DNA from: a virus
Taxonomy: Duplodnaviria; Heunggongvirae; Uroviricota; Caudoviricetes
Strand: one strand, 5' to 3'
Length of the DNA: 64,000 bases
Virus record (IMG/VR): IMGVR_UViG_2703718774_000012
Part shown: positions 41,662 to 51,800 of the stretch, piece by piece
Position numbering within the stretch: the first letter of the stretch is position 1
Layout of the letters: the number at the start of each line of letters is the position of its first letter
Made by a program: the position numbers and the translations under genes
Notes under the pieces: generated by a model
What the model was told of the DNA's origin: nothing
The model's database searches: none
Seen by the model: the letters and a program-made list of their open reading frames with translations, nothing else

Positions 41662-42462
41662 TTAGCGCGCTGCCGCGACAGGTACCAGCACACCAGCATC
41701 AAGCAATCGCTTCATCAGCCACTGCTGACCTTTGCCGGTTATACGAGTCGTGAAAGAAATCCTGCTTCCATTGCTTGTATCGATCACGGTTTCTTTAAGG
41801 GTGAAATACCCACGGGATATGTATTCTTGTTTGGGGACGTTCCTGCGTTCACCGGTTGCGATCAGAATTCCGTTATCACGCAACCAGGTGAAGAGATAGT
41901 TTTGGCCCAGGCCGAGCACTTTGGCATAGTTGCCGATTAGAACCCCGCTGGCGGTAGCAACGCGTTCGGCGAATTCGACTTTAGGTGCATCCATCAGCAT
42001 TTTTTGCTCCAGCCGTTGCTTTTGCTCTGCCAGGTCGGCAGCCAAACGGAGAGCTTCTGGGAGGCTCTTCGGAATAGCAGGTTGTAATCTTCCAGCTCGA
42101 TAGTCGATAAATGTCTGGTTTACCTTCAGCCGAAACGCGGGAGAAATCCAACCAGCGTACTCCACTGCGAGCAATTCATGAGCAAAAGTGCCGCCGCCAC
42201 GGCCTTCGAACGAAACTATGCAATTCTGCATAGTTTCTTTTTCAAGCTCTTCGATGAGCTGTTTAGCTGACAGCGTTCTTAGCCATTGAGCTGGCGCTTT
42301 ATGGGCACCGAGTCCGCTCGCTCTGTGTAGAGCATTAAGGTTGTAACGGCCAGCGCGGTCGGTCGTAATTTCAACACCACAAATAACGGGCAGAGTGGTT
42401 GAAGGATCGACATTTTGATGAAGGTTTGATATATTCATATCCGCATTGAATGTTTGTTGCAT
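41662..42462 (-). CDS. kilA: KilA (KilA-N domain + KilA-C/antirepressor-C domain)
   Basis: KilA-N-like GRYNLNALHRASG; C-terminal region paralogous to C-terminus of ant (VLIGNYAKVLGL.. vs ILIGNFAKVVGL..). Confidence 0.65.
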   Translation of the reverse strand: MQQTFNADMNISNLHQNVDPSTTLPVICGVEITTDRAGRYNLNALHRASGLGAHKAPAQWLRTLSAKQLIEELEKETMQNCIVSFEGRGGGTFAHELLAVEYAGWISPAFRLKVNQTFIDYRAGRLQPAIPKSLPEALRLAADLAEQKQRLEQKMLMDAPKVEFAERVATASGVLIGNYAKVLGLGQNYLFTWLRDNGILIATGERRNVPKQEYISRGYFTLKETVIDTSNGSRISFTTRITGKGQQWLMKRLLDAGVLVPVAAAR

Positions 42463-42531
42463 TTTTTCTCCAAATTTGCATCAACCTTCAATCACCAGCT
42501 CGAAATGGTGATTCTTTGCACTTAGAAAACG

Positions 42532-42548
42532 AAATTTATTAGAGCAAA
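42532..42548 (-). promoter_or_regulatory. C1-type operator upstream of kilA (minus strand reads TTTGCTCTAATAAATTT)
   Basis: 16/17 consensus match 70 nt upstream of kilA start. Confidence 0.5.
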
Positions 42549-42626
42549 TTTTTCTGACTCGATCCAGATCGGGTTGGTCGATCTGCTCAGAAACCTGCCA
42601 GTTTGCTGGCAGGTTTTTTTCTTTTG

Positions 42627-43670
42627 TTAACCTATTGCTACTGGTTTTAACAAACCAGCATCAAGTAGCTTGCGAGTTAACCACTGCTGGCCTTTACCCG
42701 TTAATTGGGGCGTCAGCCGTATCTGGTAGCCATCTTCATCATCCAGCACCACTTCTTTCACCGTGAAATATCCGGCGTTGATGTACTGTTGGCGCGGTAC
42801 GTTTTTGCGCGCACCAAAAGCCATGAGAATGCCGTTCTGGCGCAACCATGAGAAAAGGGCGTTTTGCTTAAGTCCAACGACCTTTGCAAAGTTCCCGATC
42901 AGGATTCCATTAGCCGCTGATACCCGGTCGGCAAAATCGACTTTAGGGGCTGCGGCCACCAGCTGTTGTTCCAACTGCATTTTCTGTTCTGCCAACTCGG
43001 CAGCCAGGCGTAGAGCTTCTGGTAATGTTTGGGGGATCGATGGGGTAGGGGAGTTTGCCTGCTGCAATTCTTCCAGTTTGTCGATCAGCGAACGGCGGAC
43101 GGCTTTTGATTCGCGTGCGGCGACTCGCAGGGCTTGTTTGTAGGTCATGGTTATGACAACCATAGGCGTACCGCCACCTGGCGGCACGGTTGCACTTTTT
43201 GTGTAACCGTCCTCACCTTCTAATTCGTCGAGTATTTTTTCGATGAATTTGTTGTTCCGAACCTCTGGTTCCCCACATAACTTACGCGCTTCATTGACCA
43301 TCTTTAACAGTGTCTGGCTGTCGATTGTGTCTCCAGTGTTGGAGATAACATTCACAGCTGGTGATGGCGTAGCTGAAGCAACAGGTGCTGTTTTTTCAAC
43401 ATTCAAATTATTACCGGTCATTCTGCGCGCCTCCTTTCTCATTTCTGCTGCCACTGTTGCGTAACGTAGACGTCCTTGTTCAATCAAATAATCCCTGATC
43501 TCGGCTATCAGTAGCCTGTTGATCACAGCCTTATCTGTTCGGGTATAAAAACGTCTGGTTATCATGAAATAGTTGGCAATTGCGCCGGGGATCTCCCGTG
43601 TCGGCATACAGGTTGTATGCAAAGCGATCGCTTCGGCTATTTCATTACGGGTGACGAGAGGTTTTTTCAT
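42627..43670 (-). CDS. ant: antirepressor Ant (347 aa)
   Basis: C-terminal antirepressor domain shared with KilA; translationally coupled to icd (ATGA overlap); downstream of c4-like RNA. Confidence 0.6.
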   Translation of the reverse strand: MKKPLVTRNEIAEAIALHTTCMPTREIPGAIANYFMITRRFYTRTDKAVINRLLIAEIRDYLIEQGRLRYATVAAEMRKEARRMTGNNLNVEKTAPVASATPSPAVNVISNTGDTIDSQTLLKMVNEARKLCGEPEVRNNKFIEKILDELEGEDGYTKSATVPPGGGTPMVVITMTYKQALRVAARESKAVRRSLIDKLEELQQANSPTPSIPQTLPEALRLAAELAEQKMQLEQQLVAAAPKVDFADRVSAANGILIGNFAKVVGLKQNALFSWLRQNGILMAFGARKNVPRQQYINAGYFTVKEVVLDDEDGYQIRLTPQLTGKGQQWLTRKLLDAGLLKPVAIG

Positions 43671-43888
43671 AAAACCCCCTGAACGTCGGCAGAGAAGGGG
43701 AGGTTCCAGTAACTAAGTGAATTGCGCGAGTTAGTTGAAAAACGGGCAGTGAAAATGCAGGGGCCATCAGGCAATTGAGAGCGTGCTTCGTCTTCTGTTG
43801 CTGCGATAACGAAGTGATAGTGGTGTTTTTTACAGGAATAGAAACGCCAGATGAATTCTTGGCGTGCGCAAGGATTGGCATTAACCAT
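43667..43888 (-). CDS. icd: Icd-like small protein overlapping ant start
   Basis: 73-aa ORF whose RBS/start region carries the c4 target repeats. Confidence 0.5.
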   Translation of the reverse strand: MVNANPCARQEFIWRFYSCKKHHYHFVIAATEDEARSQLPDGPCIFTARFSTNSRNSLSYWNLPFSADVQGVL

Positions 43889-43938
43889 AGTTACGGCCTC
43901 ACAATCAGGTTTAACAACCTGCTACCCGCTGTCAAACA

Positions 43939-44016
43939 GGTGGCAGGACGTGACAGGGTTGACAGACTGGCGATTGTGAAACCAGCAGGCCGAAGCCTCC
44001 CCATCACGCCCCACCA
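43939..44016 (-). ncRNA. c4: c4-like antisense repressor RNA of immI (~78 nt)
   Basis: Minus strand GGTGGGGCG...CACAATC...CTGTCAAC...CCTGCCACC: loops complementary to TTGACAG and GATTGTG repeats found upstream (~44085-44105) and at the icd RBS (~43895-43935); closing stem GGTGG/CCACC. Confidence 0.5.
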
Positions 44017-44202
44017 TAATTTGGGCGTAACGCGGTTTAACGGACACAAAAATACCGCAATATCGGAAATCTGCGGTTGTCCGCACAATCATTCAGGCTG
44101 TCAAACCTGGTCGCAGAATTTGCTACGACGGCGGAACTATAAGCCTGAACGATTAAAAGGTCAATATGATGCGAAAAGATAGCATTCGCGACTTAAAAAT
44201 AC

Positions 44203-44219
44203 AAATTTATTAGAGCATT
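44203..44219 (-). promoter_or_regulatory. C1-type operator (AATGCTCTAATAAATTT) with TTGACC-N17-TATAGT promoter for c4-icd-ant
   Basis: 16/17 consensus match; strong sigma70-like promoter immediately downstream on minus strand. Confidence 0.5.
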
Positions 44220-44315
44220 GCTTGTTTAATAAATGCACAATTGGATCTAATAACCTCTTTTTTTTAAAGGCGAAAATATGTACCCTAAATGAGTTATAAG
44301 GCAGGTGAGGTTATA

Positions 44316-44807
44316 ATGAGAAAACTATTACTACCGTTATTATTTATGGCTGGGACTGTTAATGCAGCATCAAGCGTGAAGGAGATTTGTACCGATTATA
44401 CGAAATACCTTGGGCACGTTTACGGCTTTGCTGTCAGTCAAGACGAATCCATGCGCAAGAAGTTACTGTCAGATATGAAACGTCTTAAACTTTCTGAAGC
44501 GATGGTGCAGCAAGAACTATATAAAGTCGCAACCAACGAAAATGCTAAATATCAATATTCTCGCCTATTAAATCCCGACGCAAACGAGATCAATCGAAGC
44601 ACTTTCGATTATATGGTAAAGGCATGCGAAACCGCTCCTGATTTTGCTATCCCTAGCTGGGGTGTGCTGGTGGCGAGCAATGCCGTTAATAAAGAAGATG
44701 TTGGAAGAAATGGCATTGACTCAATAAGAAATGCCCCAGGAATGCGCCATCAAAACGTACAGGGTACGCTTGAAGAACGAGCCAGGGGGCCGGGTGTAGC
44801 CCCATAA
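44316..44807 (+). CDS. secreted protein of unknown function (signal peptide)
   Basis: Start MRKLLLPLLFMAGTVNAAS with GGTGAGG RBS; AT-rich gene; C-terminus carries PGMR..VQGTLEERARG motif also present in the tape-measure protein. Confidence 0.45.
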   Translation: MRKLLLPLLFMAGTVNAASSVKEICTDYTKYLGHVYGFAVSQDESMRKKLLSDMKRLKLSEAMVQQELYKVATNENAKYQYSRLLNPDANEINRSTFDYMVKACETAPDFAIPSWGVLVASNAVNKEDVGRNGIDSIRNAPGMRHQNVQGTLEERARGPGVAP

Positions 44808-44895
44808 TTTAATAAATAATATTAAATTCTCTGGGCATAGTGGATCTAACAATATGGACTATGCCTATAATATCTAAAAACAAAAGGATAAAAAT

Positions 44896-45402
44896 ATGAA
44901 ATTGTATAAGTCATTGTATAGCTTTTTATTAATGTTCTCTTTTCTGCCATTATCAGCAATGGCAGGTTCTACCGTTTGGACGGTAGGAGGTGAGCAAGGG
45001 TGGAGAGAAATCTCTGCAACCAATGACGATGGTTACACAATTAACTTTTCCTGTGATGCTGGAGCAAGGGAAGGTTCAGAAGATCATATCGCTGGAAGAA
45101 ATTTGTATGTAAGCGGAGGAAAAGAGAATGCCGATTTTTCTACACGCGACACAATATCACGTAAAGCAGATGTAATTACTTTAATTGTTGGCCCGGATAG
45201 TTTTAATATTGGCACGCAAAACACTGCTCCTAATCGTAGGGAATGGTATTCATTTTGGAAGGCAGTGTCATCTACAAATGAAAAAAAAATAGATGTATAT
45301 ATCGGTTCGAGTCGAATCACATCATTCACTCTGGATGGTATTTCCAGTATTTATACAGAAGCTAAAAATGACGGGTGTTTAAAACAAGATGACGGTGAAT
45401 AA
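44896..45402 (+). CDS. secreted protein of unknown function (signal peptide)
   Basis: MKLYKSLYSFLLMFSFLPLSAMAGS; contains A9 homopolymer in coding sequence. Confidence 0.5.
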   Translation: MKLYKSLYSFLLMFSFLPLSAMAGSTVWTVGGEQGWREISATNDDGYTINFSCDAGAREGSEDHIAGRNLYVSGGKENADFSTRDTISRKADVITLIVGPDSFNIGTQNTAPNRREWYSFWKAVSSTNEKKIDVYIGSSRITSFTLDGISSIYTEAKNDGCLKQDDGE

Positions 45403-46573
45403 AGTGAAGGATATTAAAAAACTTGCACTTGGCTCAGTAAGCGATCTCTATAATAGAGATTCAAATATTACCTGGCGTGATAATTTAAGTAAAATCAAAA
45501 TGCCAGGATATACATCGGCAAGTGATTTATTAAAATCAGAATATGCTTCTAATAATTTGGTTAGACAGTTGGCAGAACTGCAAAAAAACGCAATCATTCC
45601 ATCGTATAGAGAACATATGGCAAACTTGCAAGAACAGTTAAGAATAGGGCGGCTAGCTCAAGAACAAATAGCAAGATTGAATTTGCAATCGTTACTTAGT
45701 GATTCTGTTAAAAAACAGCTTGCGAACATGACGAGCTTGAGAAGAATAAATAGCAAGCATCGTGAATTTCTTGAAATTCTACAGAAACAGGCCAAGGTTT
45801 ATCCCCCGCATGATGCAAATAAATACATTCAAATGCTAAGGAAGCAGGCAGAAATTGCTATGCCGTTACGAAACCAGTTCGAGATGCTTAATAAGCAAGC
45901 TGGTTTAAATAACATGCAAGCAATACTTAATGAATTGCGACAAAATGTAAGTCATAAGATAGATTTAAACAATGAAATAAAAGAATCATTAAAACAATAT
46001 ACCCTAGCGCAAAAGGCTTCATTACATCAAATAATGGAGCAAAGTCTTTCATCAATTGCACAGGCTTATGTCGAAGGTGCTATTGAAACATCTCACAACG
46101 AAAGTGATGTTCAAGACAAAGGATTAAATAAATCCAGTCCGACGTTCATTGATTCATTTAAGTCGCTCCCTCACCCGCTTCAGTTTATTATTATGTGGCT
46201 TTTAACAGAAGTGGTGCTTGGCGCTATTGCTGATTATGCAAAAGAACAAATCTTATCGCAAATACACAAGACAGAATCATATTCTGTATCCCTATATGAG
46301 GATGCACCAATATCAAAACAAAAATTAATTAAAGAAAACACAGAAATTAAGTGGGAAGATCTCAATGGTTTTAGGTTTATAACTGGTGATAACGTAAGAT
46401 TACATGTCAGTCCTTCTTTAAATAGTGAAGTGATTGAATGCATTGGCAAAAACACAATTGTTGCTATTTTAGATAAGAAAGATCGTCAATGGCTTTACGT
46501 GCAGGTTAAATCAGGGGATGAGTTTATTACTGGTTGGATTACACGAACATACACAAAGCCTCTTAAGGCTTGA
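45389..46573 (+). CDS. membrane-anchored protein with coiled-coil region and C-terminal SH3-like domain
   Basis: Internal TM LQFIIMWLLTEVVLGAIADY; C-terminus ...VRLHVSPSLNSEVIECIGKNTIVAILDKKDRQWLYVQV..GWI resembles bacterial SH3. Confidence 0.45.
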   Translation: MTVNKVKDIKKLALGSVSDLYNRDSNITWRDNLSKIKMPGYTSASDLLKSEYASNNLVRQLAELQKNAIIPSYREHMANLQEQLRIGRLAQEQIARLNLQSLLSDSVKKQLANMTSLRRINSKHREFLEILQKQAKVYPPHDANKYIQMLRKQAEIAMPLRNQFEMLNKQAGLNNMQAILNELRQNVSHKIDLNNEIKESLKQYTLAQKASLHQIMEQSLSSIAQAYVEGAIETSHNESDVQDKGLNKSSPTFIDSFKSLPHPLQFIIMWLLTEVVLGAIADYAKEQILSQIHKTESYSVSLYEDAPISKQKLIKENTEIKWEDLNGFRFITGDNVRLHVSPSLNSEVIECIGKNTIVAILDKKDRQWLYVQVKSGDEFITGWITRTYTKPLKA

Positions 46574-46703
46574 ATTTTATCTCCGCATCTTCGGATTGGG
46601 TGTTGATGACGATGTGCTACTTGAAGCACTTGAGTTGTTTTAACGTAGTATCTGAAATGTGTAGACTGACCGGTAACAAATGACAACTCGTAGAATCGGT
46701 TAA

Positions 46704-47294
<591 letters not shown>

Positions 47295-47304
47295 GGTCGT
47301 TGAT

Positions 47305-47916
47305 ATGGGACTTAATGTTGCATCAGTAAAGTCTTATATATCTTCGGCATTAACGACGACATTATTTGGCTCCGGCGTTGGTGAGCGGGAAGTTGGTAAG
47401 CTGACGTCAATCATCATGAACAAAATGCTGTTCGCGCAAGGATGGCAGTTCTCTGTCGAAGTTGATGGGCTGGAGGGGGCAGACTTCTTTGCCAAAGACA
47501 TTACCTACCACGATTACAGCATCGAATATGAAACGATTAAAATCGGCGGAGGGAATATCCTTCAGCCAACGGAGCGTTCGCCTGGGCAGATAACAATGAT
47601 GGTCAGGGATACCGGTGATGGCCTCGTTTTGGACTGGTTTAAGACGGCAAAAAGTCGGGTGATCAATCCTGACGGCACCGTGAACATACCGTCTAAATAT
47701 TTGCTCAATGTGCGTATTTATCGGTTGCTGTCTTCCGGTTTAACCAAACTGGAAAATGAGATGACGGTATTCCCGGTTACTACCGGCGATGTCACCTATG
47801 CGCGGGATCAGGTTACGGAATTTAAGTCATTCCCAATGACCTTCGCATTGCACAGCACGTTTAACCAATCCTCAAGTTCTTTGGCTTCCCTTCTGGGCTT
47901 TAGCTTTTCTCTTTGA
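47305..47916 (+). CDS. hypothetical tail-module protein (203 aa)
   Basis: ORF track; operon context. Confidence 0.5.
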   Translation: MGLNVASVKSYISSALTTTLFGSGVGEREVGKLTSIIMNKMLFAQGWQFSVEVDGLEGADFFAKDITYHDYSIEYETIKIGGGNILQPTERSPGQITMMVRDTGDGLVLDWFKTAKSRVINPDGTVNIPSKYLLNVRIYRLLSSGLTKLENEMTVFPVTTGDVTYARDQVTEFKSFPMTFALHSTFNQSSSSLASLLGFSFSL

Positions 47917-47930
47917 ATTAAGGAGCAAGG

Positions 47931-48812
47931 ATGCTTTTACCTCTTTTCCCGCTACCATCGCGGCCAACTGAATTGATCCAGTTCCGTCAGCCAAATATTG
48001 CTGATGCGATGCGTTTCAACTCGATAACACCGGAGGAACAAGAACAACAGACAACGGCGTATTTAAAAGCCTTGCTGGCTGAACCCGCGAAATATGATCC
48101 CCTGACATGGACGGCGCAGGACCGGATTACCGCGTTATGGTGGATATTTACTGGCTCCCGTGAAACACCGGTCGAGACATTCACCTACACCTGTAAACAT
48201 TGCGGTAAAGAGCATTATTACGATTGTGATATGAATGCTCTGGCTGAAGATATCCAGGTCCTGGAAGTGGAACCTTTCATTGACGATATTGAGGTGTCTG
48301 TAGAGGGAGTACCTTATCAATGGCGTATCGTGCCGCTTGATGGTTGGGCAATGGAAATGCTGGAGATGCGCCGTGCAGCATTGCCACCTGAAGACGACGC
48401 GGAATTCAAAGAAGCGATCGTTGATTTGCGTTTTTGGGAATTCGCTTATCAGTGTGAGCTTTATAACGATGTTAGTGGTACTCGTGAAGATCAGGCTGAG
48501 CGTCGTTATGAAACGATCAAACGGATGGCCATTGATACTGAATTTATGAAGCTGGCGGCACACATCCGGCTGGCTCATGAAAAGCTCGAACATGGTTTAC
48601 CGTGCTACATCGATAAAGGCGAAATGCGTCTTCGTCTCCCGCCGCACAAATGCCCAAACCAGGATACAAAGGAGTCCACAGAGGGTGCGTACACCCGTCT
48701 GTGGGTGCCCTTTCGGGCTACCGACTTCATTCCACAGGTGGGGATTGAAAAGCTATCAGACCTTAGTGTCCAACCTGGTTTTGTATGGGGGTATACCGAT
48801 TCAGGACGCTGA
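47931..48812 (+). CDS. hypothetical tail-module protein (293 aa), Cys-containing
   Basis: ORF track; immediately upstream of tape-measure gene. Confidence 0.5.
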   Translation: MLLPLFPLPSRPTELIQFRQPNIADAMRFNSITPEEQEQQTTAYLKALLAEPAKYDPLTWTAQDRITALWWIFTGSRETPVETFTYTCKHCGKEHYYDCDMNALAEDIQVLEVEPFIDDIEVSVEGVPYQWRIVPLDGWAMEMLEMRRAALPPEDDAEFKEAIVDLRFWEFAYQCELYNDVSGTREDQAERRYETIKRMAIDTEFMKLAAHIRLAHEKLEHGLPCYIDKGEMRLRLPPHKCPNQDTKESTEGAYTRLWVPFRATDFIPQVGIEKLSDLSVQPGFVWGYTDSGR

Positions 48813-48893
48813 AAGGCTTACTGAATCCTATGCGTTTTTCCTGTTGGAGAAACTGGAAGAAAAACTTAAACCGAAACGGTAGGCGATAAGATC

Positions 48894-51800
48894 ATGGAAA
48901 GAAAAAACGCCAATATTGACGATGTTATAAGGACAGTTGAAACCGCCAGCGCGAAAGAGCTGGAAGAGCTTGCAGGTATTCGGGAAGCTGTTGAAGATTT
49001 GAAAGGGGAACGAGTTGCAACTGTTGATCCTGTCTCTCGCAGTGTGTCGGCATTAAATCGCACAATCGAAAATTCCCGGCCAGACTTTGTGGCCAATGCG
49101 CCATCAGTAGACCCTATTGTTGACGCAATGAAACGGCTTAATTTAGGGGACGTTTCTCGTGTAGTTCAGGAGGATGTTGATCTACAGGAACCGCAGGCCA
49201 AATCAACTACGCGAAAGGGTAAAAAACGACGCAAGAAGGCTATAACAGAAGATGTAAAGGCGCAACGGACCGAAGCAGCCGAACACGCTCGCGAAATGTT
49301 CGGTCAAAAAGGCGGTGCGCAAAAAAGCCAAAACCAACGCGATGCGCGTGGTCGTTTTATTGGAAAGTCAGGGAGTAAGGCCGCAGCGGAAGATGCCCGT
49401 GCTGAACGTGCTGAAAAGGCCTGGCGCAAAGAGGATGATGAGCGTCTAAATGCTGAATCAGGTTTATTAAAAAAACTGTCAAAAGTAGCTGAAGGCATAG
49501 GTAACCCTTCAGAGACTCGTGCCGTCGATGCGTTAGGTTATGCCGTTGCTGGTCCATTGTGGGCAGCAGGGAAGGAGCTTGGCGGGATATCAAAAGAAGT
49601 TGGTGGATCGCTTAATGGTGCCAGAAAGTCTATTGCCGATGTGATTCGTGGCAATGACGATAACAGCCGTAGAAAAGGTTTTTTTAGGCGTAAATCGCAA
49701 AATAGTGCCGATGTCGTTCAGGTTAACACCCAAAAACGGACGGTTCAGGAACTTCAGGAGCAGACCAGCGAAATTAAAGAGGGCAATGACAAGATTCTCC
49801 GTGCCCTTGATCAGATAGCCAAAAACACCGGTAAAAAGAAGGGCGGCTTGCTGTCCAAACTATTTAGCCTGTTAGGGAAGGGGGCCGGTGGCGTCGCGTC
49901 GTTGTTAATGGGGCGTGGCATGCTGAAAAAAGCTGGAGCACTCGCTTTTGGCGCTCTGGGGGCAAAGAAACTTGTAGGAATGCTACGCGGTGGTGGCAAG
50001 AAGACTCTCGCTCATGAAGGCGGAGATTTGGCTGCCCGGGCAGCAGGTAAACTTGGATTAAAGGCAGTTGGTAAAGGGGCGTTACGCGCAATTCCCCTAG
50101 TCGGCACAGTGGCTGGAGGTATTTATGGTGCGGTAACCGGTTGGAATGATACAGAAGCGCAACGTCGAGCGTTTGGGCTTAAATCAGGACAAGATCCATC
50201 ATTCCAGCAAAAAGCCGCTTATACGTTAGCTAATGTTCTTGATATGGGGGGACTGGTATCTGGTATTAGCAGCGCCATTGGTGAGGTTCTCAAATCACTT
50301 GGATTTGAGGATATCGGCAATATGTTGCAATCATTTTCGACGGAAAGTATTGCCCTGGCCATTGATAGTGGGATTACCAACTTAGAAACATATATTTCTA
50401 ACCTTGGCGACACCATTTCTACCAAGTTCGATGATTACACAGCAAAGATTGGTGATGCTGTTTCAGCATGGTTTAGCGATACATCTAATAAGCTGCTTGA
50501 AAAGCTGGATGCCATCAAAGACTTCTTTACTGTCGATAACCTGAAACAGGTTTTCAGTGATGCAATTGATAGTGCAATTGATTTCATTAAGAACCCAGGG
50601 AAACACATTAAAGAGGCGGCTGGTAATATTTGGGATGGGGTTAAAAATTTACCAGGTAAAGCATTAGATGCAGCGGTTGATGCCGTTAAAAATACCCCTG
50701 CGGCAATGATTGTATCAAAAATACCCAATCCGATCGGCGAGGCTAATGCGAAAGAAATCACTCCAGAGTCAAAAGTTCCGGTTAATAGCCACCAGGGGAC
50801 ATCTGATTCTAAAACTGAATCCGATGCCAAACAGACTAATATTGCTGCCCGCGTGATATATGCGGCCCTGGATATGGCGAAAGATAGCAATAAAACAGTT
50901 AAAGAAACTGCTAATCAGATTATCAATGCAAATGCCGTAGAAACAGGAAATAAAGCAGCACAAACAATTGATGCTGCCTTGGGCCAGTCTGCTACAGGTA
51001 AGGAGGAAGCATTAAGTGCATATGAGATAGATAAACGTCGATTTAACAATGGCAAGGATGTTTCTTTGCCAAAATTAAATGCTGCCGGATACCAATGGAT
51101 TTCTGACAATGCCGATTATTTTGATGAGCTTGAACGTAAGTATGGGCTTGAAAAAGGGATTCTGTCAGCAGTTGCATCCGCAGAGTCTAGTGCAGGCCAG
51201 AGAACTGGAAATCCAGTAGACAAAAACGGGAACAAACTTTCATCTGCCCTTGGGGCTTTTCAGATCACTAAAGGTACAAGGGAGGATCTTGGACTCAGCG
51301 ATGCTGATGCCATGGATACACGAAAAGCAGCTGATGGTGCCGCCAGATACCTAAGTATGCTGATGAACCGTTATAACGGTGACCAGGGTCGTGCAATAGC
51401 TGCCTATCATGCTGGTATGGGGCATGTTGATAAGGGGAGAGTAGTCGCAGGTACCGGCGAATATGTTACTCGTGTCAGAGGGTATCAGCAGATGCTCAAT
51501 AATGGTGCCGTTTATGGCTCTAAGGTAGATCATAGCGCACCAGCAATTTACGAAAAGATACCTGATAACGCCGTTATCGATCAGTCTACTGGCCTGGCGT
51601 TTACCCCTGGTGATAGCCCGTTTGAGAAAGGCGGTCTGGTCGACAAAATCGGCAATGCTGTTGGCGTTAACGATCTGGTCAACAAATTCATGAATGGCCG
51701 GGGGATGCGTCGGGAAGTCGTTCAGGGAACGCTAGAAGAACGTGCACGAGGGAAGGGGACCGCAACAGCAGCTGGCAATGTGTATGTTGATACTCCGATG

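Noticed and set aside
48577-48882. Possible programmed frameshift (G/GT-like) between the 293-aa ORF and an overlapping 101-aa ORF just upstream of the tape-measure gene
   Set aside because: The overlapping frame is +1 rather than the canonical -1, would add only ~25 residues, and I could not identify a slippery heptamer; treated as a chance overlap.
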